DNA of 64,000 nucleotides from Candidatus Thermofontivivens primus (GCA_031458695.1 JAVKJW010000002.1:96001-160000); one strand, 5' to 3'. Shown: positions 40,120 to 50,332, numbered from the stretch's first letter. The notes: generated from the sequence alone by a model not told the origin. Made by a program: numbers and translations.

Positions 40120-41130
40120 ATGATCCACCGCTCAGAAGGCCTGGGATGGCTAGACCTTGCCACCCCCTCCGCCGTGCAACGGCTCCTCAAGCGCTTCGGG
40201 CTAGTTCCCCGCAAGAGGCTTGGGCAACACTTCCTGACGAACCGGCAGGCCCTGGAGAGGATCGTGGCTGCTGCGGAGCTTTCTCCCCAGGATGCGGTCC
40301 TTGAGGTGGGAGCGGGCCTCGGGGCGCTCACCTGGGCGCTCGCGCAGAGAGCGGGGGTCGTCGTCGCCGTGGAGAAGGACCCCGGCCTCATCCGCATCCT
40401 CACAGAGCTCTTCAGTTCTTCCTCAAACGTCCACCTCGTCCACGGGGATATCCTCTCCCTGGACCTCCCAAGCCTGTTCCGGGAGGGGCCCTCTAGGGCC
40501 ATCAAGGTGGTGAGCAACCTTCCTTACTACCTCGCATCCACCCTTATCCTCCGGCTCCTCTATGCCGACCTGGAGGGAGCTGGAGAGATTCCTATCGAGC
40601 GCATGGTGCTCACCGTTCAGGAGGAGGTAGGCCGACGGATCGTGGCCTCACCGGGGACGAAGGAATATAGCCTCCTTTCCGTGCTTGTGCAGTACCGTGC
40701 GGAACCGCGGATCGTGACTTCAATCCCCCGGTCGAGCTTCTATCCCCAGCCCGAGGTAGACTCCGTCGTGGTGAGGCTGGATGTTTACCCGATCCCGCCG
40801 CTTCAGGCAAGGGATGAGCGATTGTTCGTGCACGTGGTGCGTGCTGCTTTCGGACAACGCCGCAAGCAGCTGCGCAACGCTCTTTTGACCCTTCCCGCAG
40901 CAGGGAGCACCTTCACCTTGGGCAAGGAGGTGATCGAAGAGGCCTGTCATAGGTCCCGGATCGATCCGGAGCGCAGGGGGGAGACCCTCTCCGTTTCTGA
41001 GTTTGTCTCCCTGACCAATGCACTAGAGACCCTCTTGCTGGAAGCGAGGAAGGAGGAAGACCAGTTCAACGAGATGGCCCACATAAGGGATCCCAGCGAG
41101 GGCCAAGGGGATGTTTGCCGAGATACCTAG
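40120..41130 (+). CDS. rsmA: 16S rRNA adenine dimethyltransferase
   Basis: KRLGQHFL, EVGAGLGALT, VSNLPYY, FYPQPEVDS, FGQRRKQL. Confidence 0.96.
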   Translation: MIHRSEGLGWLDLATPSAVQRLLKRFGLVPRKRLGQHFLTNRQALERIVAAAELSPQDAVLEVGAGLGALTWALAQRAGVVVAVEKDPGLIRILTELFSSSSNVHLVHGDILSLDLPSLFREGPSRAIKVVSNLPYYLASTLILRLLYADLEGAGEIPIERMVLTVQEEVGRRIVASPGTKEYSLLSVLVQYRAEPRIVTSIPRSSFYPQPEVDSVVVRLDVYPIPPLQARDERLFVHVVRAAFGQRRKQLRNALLTLPAAGSTFTLGKEVIEEACHRSRIDPERRGETLSVSEFVSLTNALETLLLEARKEEDQFNEMAHIRDPSEGQGDVCRDT

Positions 41131-41149
41131 ACGAACGAAGGAGGCGCCT

Positions 41150-42358
41150 ATGATCGAGGATATGGAAGGCCTCTACTCTGCAAGCTGTCAAGCCATGCGT
41201 CGCTCCTTGATCCGGGAGCTCCTCAAGCTCACCCGCCGCGAGGGGATCATCTCCTTCGCAGGGGGGCTCCCGGACCCATCCACATTCCCTATCGACGAGC
41301 TCGTGCATATCTCCAAAGAGGTGCTGGAAAAGCAAGGAAGGTTATCCCTCCAATACGGACCCACCGAGGGCGATCCAAGGCTCCGGGAGGAGCTAAGCCG
41401 CTGGATGGCCAAGGATGGGATCTCTGCGGGCGTCGACAACATCCTTGTGACCTCGGGATCTCAACAGGGACTGGATCTTGTGGGGAGGATCTTCCTCGAC
41501 CCAGGCGATCCCATCATCGTAGAGCTTCCCACCTATATGGGTGGGCTCACCGCTTTCCGGAGTTATCGTCCGGAGATCCTAGGTGTGCCCCTGGACGATG
41601 AGGGGATGCGCACCGACCTCCTGGAACAGGTCCTGGAGGGCCTCCGTCGCCAGGGCCGGAGGCCCAAGTTCATCTATGTCGTGCCGGACTTCCAGAACCC
41701 TTCGGGGATCACCATGTCCAGGGCACGGCGAGAGCATCTCCTGGATCTTGCCGCGAGGTACCGGACCCTCATCGTGGAGGATAGCCCCTACAGGGAGCTC
41801 CGGTTTGAAGGGGAGGCACCACCCCCGCTCTACGCGCTTGATCGCGATGGCCGGGTGATCTACCTCTCCACGTTCAGCAAGACCATCGCCCCGGGCTTGC
41901 GGATTGCATGGGTCGCTGCGCATGAGGAGATCATCTCACGGTTTGTCACCGCCAAGCAGAGCATGGACCTATGCTCCCCCGCGCTCACCCAGGCCATCGC
42001 CGCGGAATTCTGTGCCAGGGGATACCTTTCGGCACGGATCCCCCGCATGATCGAGCTCTACCGCTCCAAGCGCGACGTCATGCTGGAGAGCCTCGAGGCG
42101 GAGATGCCTGAAGGGGTCAGCTGGACGCGTCCTGAGGGAGGCCTCTTCCTTTGGGTGCGCCTGCCTGAGGGGTTGGATACCGAGGCTATGCTCCCAAAGG
42201 CCATTGAGGAGGAAGGGGTAGCATATGTTGTCGGGTCGGGATTCTATGCAGATGGCTCCGGGAAGAACACCATGCGCCTGACCTTCTGCTATCCGTCACC
42301 AGAGGAGATCCGGGAGGGGATCCGGCGGCTCGCCCGGCTTATCCGCCGCCATCTGTAG
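41150..42358 (+). CDS. PLP-dependent class I/II aminotransferase (LysN-like)
   Basis: ISFAGGLPD, GSQQGLD, FQNPSG, EDSPY, TFSKTIAPGLR. Confidence 0.92.
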   Translation: MIEDMEGLYSASCQAMRRSLIRELLKLTRREGIISFAGGLPDPSTFPIDELVHISKEVLEKQGRLSLQYGPTEGDPRLREELSRWMAKDGISAGVDNILVTSGSQQGLDLVGRIFLDPGDPIIVELPTYMGGLTAFRSYRPEILGVPLDDEGMRTDLLEQVLEGLRRQGRRPKFIYVVPDFQNPSGITMSRARREHLLDLAARYRTLIVEDSPYRELRFEGEAPPPLYALDRDGRVIYLSTFSKTIAPGLRIAWVAAHEEIISRFVTAKQSMDLCSPALTQAIAAEFCARGYLSARIPRMIELYRSKRDVMLESLEAEMPEGVSWTRPEGGLFLWVRLPEGLDTEAMLPKAIEEEGVAYVVGSGFYADGSGKNTMRLTFCYPSPEEIREGIRRLARLIRRHL

Positions 42359-42366
42359 GATCGCGA

Positions 42367-42433
42367 GGCGAAAGGTGAGAGGGTAAAAAGGAACAGGGTA
42401 TTAAGCCCCCATTTGTCACTTTTCACCTTGTCA
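42367..42433. repeat. Degenerate inverted 8-bp arrays between convergent genes
   Basis: AAAGGTGA GAGGGTAA AAAGGAAC AGGGT ... TTTGTCAC TTTTCACC TTGTCA; related to the 19593 unit. Confidence 0.55.
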
Positions 42434-42448
42434 GGGCGCACTGCTCCC

Positions 42449-43819
42449 CTAGGGTGAGGAGAACTCCCTCCCCAGGATCACAGTGATTCCCGGCTCGTTC
42501 CCCGGAATCCCCTGGCTGTGGGCGAGTGGCCCCTCAGGCTGCGCCATCACCTTCGCCTCTCCCAGTGACTCCAGGAGAGCCCGGACGATGCGAGGCCTTC
42601 CCGCACGGTCAATGATGGCCGTCCCCTCGACACGTTGCGGGGAGGTACCGATGCGGGTGATACGGAACCCCAGCTTCTCCAGGCGCCTGGCAGTCTGGCG
42701 GGCCAAGCCTGGGATTTCGCTCCCGTTGAGGACCTCGATGGGCGTCGCGTCGAGGTCCTCTGGATCTACGCCAAGGAAGTCTCGGGCGATCAGGGGGCGG
42801 ATCTTCTCCCAATCGGGTTCCCAGTATCCCGGGGAGAAGTGGCCAGGGAGTGTGGCGGTGGAGAGGCCTTCTGGGCCAACGCGAAAGGCGAACCATCCCA
42901 GGGTGAGGAGATCCGGGAGGGTCAGGTTGGTCTCGGTGTTCTCCGAGAAGGTGCGGATGACCTGGGGGAGGCGCAGCCAAGTAGAGGGGGATCGCAGTTT
43001 TTGGAGGATTGCGAGGATGACCTTCTGCTGCCTCTGGACCCTGGCGATGTCGCCAAGGGCTTCATGCCGGAATCGGGCATACCCCATGGCTTGTTCCCCG
43101 TTGAGATGCTGCCTTCCCTTCTTGAGGTTGATGGTGAGGCCCGCCCACCGGTCCACGTAGTACATGTCCCGCTCCACGTCCACCTCGATGCCCCCCAGGG
43201 CGTCGATGAGGCGCACGAACCCCTTCACCCCCATTTGGAGATAGAACGGGATGCGGACCCCGAGGAGCTCCTCCACGGTACGGACGGTAAGGGAGGCTCC
43301 CCCGAAGGCATAGCTCGCGTTGATTTTTGTGACCCCTACCCCCGGAATTTCCGCCCGTGTGTCCCTGGGGATGGAGAGGGCCAGGACGCGCTTTCGCTCT
43401 GGATCAAACGTAACCAGGATGAGCGTATCGGAACGGGAGACCGGGACGATGCGGCGGTACCGATCCAGTGTCACGTCCGTCCCGATGAACAGCACATTCA
43501 CCCTTTCGCTAAGGAGGAGTGGCCAGCGCGATACTCTTTCTCCGTCTGGGAGAGGCTGCCCTAACCTCCAAAGGAGACCGAGGACAAATCCCAGGCTGAG
43601 GCCGAACAGGAGGACGAAGGTCGCAAGCCCAATCAGCCAGGGGCTCGGTCGTCTTCTCCTGCGCTTCTCCTCTGCTGGTCCAGGCTCAAGCCGTTTTAAC
43701 TCGTTCATGGTACCCGGATAAAAAGCAGGAAAGCCTTTTGCTGGGGTCCCAGCGAAATCCCCTCCAACGATTGGGCTGGAGCTATGATGCTGGACCCTTG
43801 GGGATCGCACCCGTTCCAC
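42449..43819 (-). CDS. LCP (LytR-CpsA-Psr) family protein with LytR C-terminal domain
   Basis: RSDTLIL, SIPRDT, KINASY, YARFRH, RVQRQQ, IEVLNGS; start could be 43708. Confidence 0.93.
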   Translation of the reverse strand: MERVRSPRVQHHSSSPIVGGDFAGTPAKGFPAFYPGTMNELKRLEPGPAEEKRRRRRPSPWLIGLATFVLLFGLSLGFVLGLLWRLGQPLPDGERVSRWPLLLSERVNVLFIGTDVTLDRYRRIVPVSRSDTLILVTFDPERKRVLALSIPRDTRAEIPGVGVTKINASYAFGGASLTVRTVEELLGVRIPFYLQMGVKGFVRLIDALGGIEVDVERDMYYVDRWAGLTINLKKGRQHLNGEQAMGYARFRHEALGDIARVQRQQKVILAILQKLRSPSTWLRLPQVIRTFSENTETNLTLPDLLTLGWFAFRVGPEGLSTATLPGHFSPGYWEPDWEKIRPLIARDFLGVDPEDLDATPIEVLNGSEIPGLARQTARRLEKLGFRITRIGTSPQRVEGTAIIDRAGRPRIVRALLESLGEAKVMAQPEGPLAHSQGIPGNEPGITVILGREFSSP

Positions 43820-44119
43820 GAGGCTCCCGCTCCATCTATCATAAAGGATGGGTGGGCCCTGTCAATGAATGAAGGAATCTTTCCCGGGGATGGCTAATGG
43901 TTAATAGTGCGGACCATGAGGAGGCATCCCTCTTAGTGTGCTGGTTTGATCTGGCAATGGGGCGAACGAGGGGGTTCTCTCCTTCCCCGTCCTCGTTTCC
44001 ATACCCCCCTCTTTTCCAGAGTGATACCTCTAGGCGAGGGAGCCGTTGCCTTGTCCATTTTGGTCCATCTTTGGAACTGGCCCGCTCAACGAATCCTTTG
44101 ACTTTGGTGAGCTTTTACA

Positions 44120-44986
44120 GTGAAGGAGCTTTACCTTAATGCCTATGCAAAAATCAACCTTACCCTCGATGTCCTGAGGAAGCGCGAGGACGGCTACCAC
44201 GATCTCGAAACCATTCTCCACACCCTCTCCCTCCACGATGGGATCACTTTGCGCGAGGCGAGCCGGGGGGTTACAGTTATCTGTAACGATGCTTCAGTCC
44301 CCACGGATACGCGCAACCTCGTGTATCGCGCCGCCTCCCTCCTCCAGAAGACCTTCGGTGTGGAGCGGGGGGTGGAGATTGAGATCACCAAGCATATCCC
44401 CATCGCCTCCGGCCTCGGTGGAGGGAGTTCCGATGCCGCAGTGACCTTGCTCGGGCTCATCCAGATGTGGAAGCTACGCGTGGACCGGCGTTTCTTGATC
44501 GATTTGGCGCTACGGATCGGGTCAGATGTTCCGTTCTTCCTTGTGGGAGGTGCAGCGATTGTGCGAGGGCGCGGGGAACAGGTAGATCCCCTGCCGCCGC
44601 TCCCTCCTACGTGGGTCGTGCTTGCCAAGCCACCCCTGGAGATCTCCACCGCTTGGGCCTATTCCCACCTGGACCTCACGGCCATCAAGAGGAGGCCCGA
44701 TACCCCGGCGATGCAGGAGGCCCTCCGCGCGAAGGATCTCCTCCGCGTCGCCCGCCTTCTTTGTAACGTTTTCGAGGAGCTCGTGATTCCTGAGTACCCC
44801 CTTGTGGGCGAGATCAAAGAGAGGATGGTTCGCCTGGGCGCCTATGGGGCAGCGATGACAGGGACAGGGCCAGTGGTGTACGGCCTGGCCCCGGATGAGG
44901 AGACCGCGAGGCGCATCGCCACAGAGCTGGCCTCCTCCCTGGAGGTCCAGGTGGATGTGACGAAGACCTTTGCGGAGCAGCGATGA
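44120..44986 (+). CDS. ispE: 4-diphosphocytidyl-2-C-methyl-D-erythritol kinase
   Basis: AYAKINLTL, KHIPIASGLGGGSSDAA, GSDVPFF. Confidence 0.96.
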   Translation: MKELYLNAYAKINLTLDVLRKREDGYHDLETILHTLSLHDGITLREASRGVTVICNDASVPTDTRNLVYRAASLLQKTFGVERGVEIEITKHIPIASGLGGGSSDAAVTLLGLIQMWKLRVDRRFLIDLALRIGSDVPFFLVGGAAIVRGRGEQVDPLPPLPPTWVVLAKPPLEISTAWAYSHLDLTAIKRRPDTPAMQEALRAKDLLRVARLLCNVFEELVIPEYPLVGEIKERMVRLGAYGAAMTGTGPVVYGLAPDEETARRIATELASSLEVQVDVTKTFAEQR

Positions 44987-45759
44987 GGTACCGCTTGGAG
45001 CCTGGACAGCTCGATGCCATCGTCCTTGCCGGTGGGGGTCCAGATCCTGGCCTGGACCCACAGGCTCCTTCCAAGGCGCTCGTCTCCATTGTGGGGCGCC
45101 CCATGGTGGTGTATGTGCTGGAGGCCCTCCGGGCTGTGCGGTGGATCGGCCGAATCGCCGTTGTCGGGCCAAAGGAGCTTCCTCGAGAGGTCGTTGCAAA
45201 AACAGACCTCGTCGTTGAGGAGCGCGGGGACCTCCTGGAGAATCTCCTTGCCGGCATCGAGTCCCTTCAGCCTGAGGATGGCGTTCTGGCGGTGGCTTCG
45301 GATCTTCCCCTGCTCACTGCGGCGTCTGTGGAGGGGTTCCTGGACGCGGCCAGGGAGGAAGAGGCGGATTTCTACTACGCGATTGTCCCTTACGAGACGG
45401 TCCAGAAGTACTATCCGGGTGTCCGTAAGACCCATGTGCGCGTGGCCGAGGGGACGTTCTGCGGAGGGAGCGTGTTCCTGCTCGACCCTGCGGTGATCCA
45501 GCGCCTACGCCCACTCATCCGTCAGGCGATCGCTGCGCGGAAGAGCCCTCTCGCCCTCGGCAGGTTGTTTGGGTGGAGGAACATCGTGAGGTTCCTCCTC
45601 CGCCGCATCTCGATCCGCGATCTAGAGGCCTTCCTCCAGGAGACCACAGGGGTGAAGGGGAAGGCGGTGATTACTCCGCACCCCGAAGTGGCCATCGACG
45701 TAGATGCACGGCGTCCAGGGAACCTAAGGATCATCCAGCAGGCCCTCGCAACGAGGTGA
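44983..45759 (+). CDS. Nucleotidyltransferase family protein (MobA-like NTP transferase)
   Basis: DAIVLAGG, KALVSIVGRPM, SDLPLL, IDVD. Confidence 0.8.
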   Translation: MRYRLEPGQLDAIVLAGGGPDPGLDPQAPSKALVSIVGRPMVVYVLEALRAVRWIGRIAVVGPKELPREVVAKTDLVVEERGDLLENLLAGIESLQPEDGVLAVASDLPLLTAASVEGFLDAAREEEADFYYAIVPYETVQKYYPGVRKTHVRVAEGTFCGGSVFLLDPAVIQRLRPLIRQAIAARKSPLALGRLFGWRNIVRFLLRRISIRDLEAFLQETTGVKGKAVITPHPEVAIDVDARRPGNLRIIQQALATR

Positions 45760-45799
45760 CGAGATCGATGAATCAAAGGAATCCGGGAGGTTAATGCAC

Positions 45800-46627
45800 A
45801 TGAACAGACTGCGCCGTGGAGAACGCATGGTGGTGATGGCGCAGATCCTGGCAAGTCAGCCATACAAAGTCTTTTCCCTCACAGAGTTTGCCCAGATGCT
45901 TGGGGCGGCGAAGTCTTCCATTAGCGAGGACCTGAGCTTCATCCGGGGGGCGTTTGAACGGTTCCACCTGGGGAAGGTGGAGACCCTGCCCGGGGTAGCC
46001 GGTGGCGTGCGCTTCCTTCCCTCGCGCACTCCGGCGCAGATCCGGGCCCTCGCCGAAACGCTCTGCCAGAAGCTGCGTGACCCTGGTCGCGTGCTTCCCG
46101 GCGGCTTCCTCTACACCACTGACCTTATCTCCACCCCCAGTCTCGCAGCCCAGATTGGGGAGGCCTTTGCCACCTTCTTCTCCGACCGTAGACCCGATGT
46201 GGTTCTGGCTATGGAGGTCAAAGGAATCCCCCTCGCCCTCATGACCGCCCGGGCCTTCAATGTGCCCCTCGTGACCATCCGCCGGGAGGGGAGGGTGACC
46301 GAGGGCCCTTCGGTCAGTGTGAACTACGTCTCCGGTTCCTCCCGGGTGGTCCAGTCTATGACCCTTCCCCTGAGAGCCATCCCCGAGGGAGCGAAGGCTC
46401 TGTTCATCGATGACTTCATCCGCGGGGGTGGCACGGCGCGGGGGGTATACGACCTCATGCGCGAGTTCCGCGCCGAGGTGGTAGGGATTGGCGTCCTCGT
46501 GGAGACCGCCCAGCCGCGAGAAAAGCTCGTCACCCGCTACGTTTCTCTCCTGGTCTACGAAGGGGTGGATGAGGCCACAGGGGAAGTCATCGTCCGTCCC
46601 AGCCGCTGGGTCTTGGAGCTCTCCTGA
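45800..46627 (+). CDS. purR: Bacillus-type pur operon repressor
   Basis: RGERMV, AAKSSISEDL, PGGFLY, KGIPLA, VTEGPSVSVNYVSGS, IDDFIRGGGT. Confidence 0.95.
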   Translation: MNRLRRGERMVVMAQILASQPYKVFSLTEFAQMLGAAKSSISEDLSFIRGAFERFHLGKVETLPGVAGGVRFLPSRTPAQIRALAETLCQKLRDPGRVLPGGFLYTTDLISTPSLAAQIGEAFATFFSDRRPDVVLAMEVKGIPLALMTARAFNVPLVTIRREGRVTEGPSVSVNYVSGSSRVVQSMTLPLRAIPEGAKALFIDDFIRGGGTARGVYDLMREFRAEVVGIGVLVETAQPREKLVTRYVSLLVYEGVDEATGEVIVRPSRWVLELS

Positions 46628-46695
46628 GGATCGTTCGCTCCCCTCAGGCCCCTGCCGCTCATGGTAAAAGTTTCTCGGAAGCGGAGGCCCCAACG

Positions 46696-46744
46696 TTGAC
46701 GGGTCTCCTCGGGCGTGTATAATGAGTGATAGCTCACTCATTAT
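46696..46744 (+). promoter_or_regulatory. Promoter and TetR operator
   Basis: TTGACG-N16-TATAAT; palindrome ATAATGAGTGA-TAGC-TCACTCATTAT (46719-46744) overlaps the -10. Confidence 0.85.
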
Positions 46745-46753
46745 TGCCAAGAG

Positions 46754-47440
46754 ATGGTTCGCCTCACGAAAGAAGAAAAGCGCAAGCTCGTAGAGGCACG
46801 GCGGCGGCAGATCCTTGAAGCTGCGCGCAAGGTGTTCGCGAAGCGCGGGTTTGAGGGTGCGCGGATCTCCGAGGTAGCGAAGGAGGCGGGCGTTGCCGAG
46901 GGGACGATCTACAACTACTTCCGTAGCAAGGAGGATCTCCTCATCCACATCCCCGAACACATTGTGGCTCCGGCGATTGCGCCGTTGCAACGGGCCAGGC
47001 CCTCTTCTGTAGAGGAGCTCGAGTCTCTCCTCAGCCTTGCGGCGAGGAACATTGTCTCTTTCATGACCAGGAACTCTGACTTCCTCAAGGTCTTCGTTTC
47101 CGCACTTCCTGCCCTCACTCCCAGGGCGAAGGAGGCATACATGCAACTCCTCCCCTTGCGTGCGGCGAGTGTTCTCGAACAGATCGTCCGGGCGGGACAG
47201 GAGCGGGGGTTCCTCAGGCCTGATTTGAACGCAGCTGTGGCTGCGCGGGCGATGCCAGGGATGCTCATGACTTTTGTGATGTTCCAGGAGGTCCTCCTGG
47301 GCCGTCCGCTGGTGCCGCTCTCCTACGAGGAGATCATCCAGGAGGTGGTCAGGCTCTTCCTGCTGGGCGCCCTCCCTCGTGGGCATCCCATTCCCTCCTC
47401 CTGGCGCACCCGGCGAACACAAAAAACTCGACGGACCTGA
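46754..47440 (+). CDS. TetR/AcrR family regulator
   Basis: ILEAARKVFAKRGF...VAEGTIYNYFRSKEDL. Confidence 0.95.
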   Translation: MVRLTKEEKRKLVEARRRQILEAARKVFAKRGFEGARISEVAKEAGVAEGTIYNYFRSKEDLLIHIPEHIVAPAIAPLQRARPSSVEELESLLSLAARNIVSFMTRNSDFLKVFVSALPALTPRAKEAYMQLLPLRAASVLEQIVRAGQERGFLRPDLNAAVAARAMPGMLMTFVMFQEVLLGRPLVPLSYEEIIQEVVRLFLLGALPRGHPIPSSWRTRRTQKTRRT

Positions 47441-47464
47441 AACACCACGGAAGGAGGGCTGGCC

Positions 47465-48805
47465 ATGATGCGAATCTCAAGAGGGATCCTCTCCCTGGTT
47501 ATTCTCCCCGTTCTCCTGATTTCCTCGGTCCTTCCTGCGCAGGCCCAGCAGGGCCAGACCCCTCGTCCGATCACCCTGAAGGACGCCCTCGCCCTGGCCC
47601 TCCAGCAGAACCTCCAGGTACGCTTCGCCGCCTTCGAGGTTGCCATCGCCAGGGCCCAGCTCGAGCAGGCCAAGGCCGGGAAGGCCGTCCAGGTGACTGG
47701 ATCGGCAAGCTACACCCGCATCAACGAGCGGGCGCCGACCACAATCACTGTTAGCGCTCCGCCACCTCTAGGAACAGTCACCGTCCAACTCCCTCCTCCC
47801 CCTGTGGACACCGGGGAATTGCGGGTGAGCCTGCAGTACCCGCTCTTCACCGGAGGTCGCCTGGAGGCCCAGATCGCCCTTGCCGAGGCGAATGTGAAGG
47901 GGGCAGAGGCCACGTTGCAGCGAACTGTCCAGCAGGTCCTCTTCCAGGTGAAGCAGGCTTACTACCAGCTCCTCCTGGCGCGTGCAAGCCGGAGGGCTGC
48001 TGAGCGCATCCTCGCCCAGGCGGAAGAGAACCTCCGCGTCGCCAGGGTCAGGGTGCAGGCCGGCGTGGCTCCCCAGTTCGACGTCTTGCAGGCTGAGGTC
48101 AACCTGGCCAACGCGAGACAGGGAGTGGTGCGTGCCCTCAACAGCATGGCCCTCGCGCGCCAAGCCCTCGCTGCCCTGCTGAACATACCCCTGGATACCC
48201 TCCTTGAGCCCCAGGATGAGCTTGGGATCACCCCGTTCTCTGTACCGCTGGAAGAGTTGATCAACCGGGCCTTGCGTCAGCGGCCTGAGTTGGCCGAGCT
48301 GTCTGCGCGTCGCGCCGCCGCCGAGGCAGCTCTTGAGCTCGCCAGGAGCGGGGCCAGGCCGAACCTGGCGCTGCAGGGGGCCTACTCCCTGAGCGGCACC
48401 AGCCTGCAGAACCTCACCACCAACTGGCAGGTCATCCTCGCGCTGACCCTCAACCTCTTCGATGGCGGGCTCACGAAGGCACGCATCCAGGAGGCGGAGG
48501 AGCGGCTGAGGCAGCTTCAAGTCGCGGAATCCCAGCAAAGGCAAGCCATCGAGCTAGAGGTCAGGCAGAGCTACCTGACCTTGCAGAGCGCTGTGGCAGA
48601 GCTAGAGGCCTCAGGGAAAGCTGTCGAGCAGGCCCTGGAGGCATTGCGCATTGCCAACGTGCGTTACCAGGCGGGTGTTTCAGCGCAACTGGAGGTCATT
48701 GCCGCGCAGGCGGCGCTCGCACAGGCTGAGGTCAACCGGGTACAGGCGCTCTTTAACTACAACCTGGCCCTGGCCCAGCTCGAGCGCGCCGTTGGCGGTT
48801 TCTAG
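47465..48805 (+). CDS. TolC family outer membrane efflux protein
   Basis: Signal peptide, ITLKDALALAL, PLFTGG, RPEL, NLFDGG, helical repeats. Confidence 0.9.
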   Translation: MMRISRGILSLVILPVLLISSVLPAQAQQGQTPRPITLKDALALALQQNLQVRFAAFEVAIARAQLEQAKAGKAVQVTGSASYTRINERAPTTITVSAPPPLGTVTVQLPPPPVDTGELRVSLQYPLFTGGRLEAQIALAEANVKGAEATLQRTVQQVLFQVKQAYYQLLLARASRRAAERILAQAEENLRVARVRVQAGVAPQFDVLQAEVNLANARQGVVRALNSMALARQALAALLNIPLDTLLEPQDELGITPFSVPLEELINRALRQRPELAELSARRAAAEAALELARSGARPNLALQGAYSLSGTSLQNLTTNWQVILALTLNLFDGGLTKARIQEAEERLRQLQVAESQQRQAIELEVRQSYLTLQSAVAELEASGKAVEQALEALRIANVRYQAGVSAQLEVIAAQAALAQAEVNRVQALFNYNLALAQLERAVGGF

Positions 48806-48822
48806 GACCTGAAAAACTACCA

Positions 48823-50160
48823 GTGCATGAACAGGGGAGTAGGGTGGTTCATGTGAAGGGGCGAAAAAAGATCGTTCTTGCAATCACGCTCTTCCTCCTC
48901 GCAGGCGGGGCAACCGCTTGGTGGGTTCTCCGCCCTCGTCCCTCGCAGGGTATGATCCTCGAGGCTTCTGGGATCATTGAGGCAACCGAGGTGAAGGTGG
49001 GAAGCAAGGTCCCGGGGCGCGTCCTGGAGATCGCTGTGAAGGAAGGGATGGAGGTCCAGGCAGGGGAGGTGGTTGCTCGTCTCGATCCCAGGGAAGTGGA
49101 TGCCCAGGTCTCTCAAGCGATGGCCGCTGTGGAGGCGGCACGAGCGCGTCTGGCTCAAGCTGAAGTCGCCCTGCGCCAGGCCCGGGCCCAGGTCGATGCC
49201 GCAGTAGCCAGTGCACAAGCAGCGCTGGAAACTGCACGCGCTCGCATTCCCCAGGCCGTGGCAGCTCTAGAGCTCGCACAGCGCCAGTACAGGGAGCAGG
49301 TACGGGAATCCGAGGCCAAGCTGGCCGCAGCCCGAGCCGGCCTCCAGGCAGCCCTGGCAGGCCAGGAGGTGGCGCGGGCGAATCTCGAGAAGGCGAGGCA
49401 GGACCTCGCGAGGGTCGAGGCGCTGGCCCAGCAGGGCGCGATTGCGCCGCAACAGGTAGACGCTGCCAGGACAGCGGTGGAGGTAGCCGAGGCGCAATTT
49501 GAACTGGCGCGCCATCAGGCTGCAGCAGCAAAGGAGACAGTTCGGCAGGCCCAGGCTGCTGTTGCCCTGGCGAAGGCCGGGGCGGCCCAGATCGAGATCC
49601 GGAGGCAGGATGTGCAGATGGCCGAGGCCCAGGTGAAGCAGGCAATGGCTGCCCTCGCCAGTGCCCGGGCAGGGTATGAGACGGTGCGTCTGAGAGTGCA
49701 GGAAGTGGAAGCTGCCAAAGCACAGGTGGCCCAGGCGGAGGCAAACCTTCGCTACCTCCTTGCCCAGAGGGAGAACCTCGTCATCCGCGCTCCTTCCGGT
49801 GGATTGGTGATGACGCGGGCTGTGGAGGAAGGCGAGGTCGTCCATGCAGGGACGCCCATTGTAACCATTGCAGACCTCCGCAGTGTCTGGATTCGCCTGT
49901 TCATTCCTGAGGCGAAGCTGGCTATGGTGCGGGTCGGCCAGCCCGTGCGGGTGTTCGTGGACGCCTTCCCTGGAAGGCCCTTCCACGGGAGGGTAACGGA
50001 GATCAGCCCACGGGCAGAATTCACCCCCGCGAACATCCAGACGAAGGAGGAGCGTGTGCAGCTGGTCTTTGCCGTGCGCGTCTCCCTGGAAAATCCCGGA
50101 GGGCTTTTGAAGCCGGGAATGCCTGCGGACGCGGAGATCCTGGTGGGGAGCCTCCCGTGA
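48823..50160 (+). CDS. HlyD family periplasmic adaptor (YbhG-like)
   Basis: SGIIEATEV, long Ala-rich coiled coil, AEFTPANIQT, LKPGMPAD; start uncertain. Confidence 0.92.
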   Translation: MHEQGSRVVHVKGRKKIVLAITLFLLAGGATAWWVLRPRPSQGMILEASGIIEATEVKVGSKVPGRVLEIAVKEGMEVQAGEVVARLDPREVDAQVSQAMAAVEAARARLAQAEVALRQARAQVDAAVASAQAALETARARIPQAVAALELAQRQYREQVRESEAKLAAARAGLQAALAGQEVARANLEKARQDLARVEALAQQGAIAPQQVDAARTAVEVAEAQFELARHQAAAAKETVRQAQAAVALAKAGAAQIEIRRQDVQMAEAQVKQAMAALASARAGYETVRLRVQEVEAAKAQVAQAEANLRYLLAQRENLVIRAPSGGLVMTRAVEEGEVVHAGTPIVTIADLRSVWIRLFIPEAKLAMVRVGQPVRVFVDAFPGRPFHGRVTEISPRAEFTPANIQTKEERVQLVFAVRVSLENPGGLLKPGMPADAEILVGSLP

Positions 50161-50172
50161 TTCCCCCATTGT

Positions 50173-50313
50173 GTTTGAAGGTTTGTCAGTGAACAGGTTT
50201 GCATGTGAGCATGTTCGCAGGTTTGAAAGTTACGTTTGACAACTTGCAACTTTCCAACCTGCAACCTTCCAACTTGGAACCTGCAACTTCCCAACATGCA
50301 AACCGTACAAACC
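50173..50313. repeat. Inverted pair of 7/8-bp tandem arrays
   Basis: Left GTTTGAAG GTTTGTCA GTGAACAG GTTTGCAT GTGAGCAT GTTCGCAG GTTTGAAA; right AACTTGC AACTTTCC AACCTGC AACCTTCC AACTTGG AACCTGC AACTTCCC AACATGCA. Confidence 0.9.
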
Positions 50314-50332
50314 AGATGGCCCGAACGACGAG

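Noticed and set aside
45791..47422. 543-aa minus-strand ORF
   Set aside because: Antisense to purR and tetR, which have clear family motifs
50173..50313. Possible CRISPR array (also 24998-25110)
   Set aside because: Units are 7-9 bp with no unique spacers, and there are no cas genes
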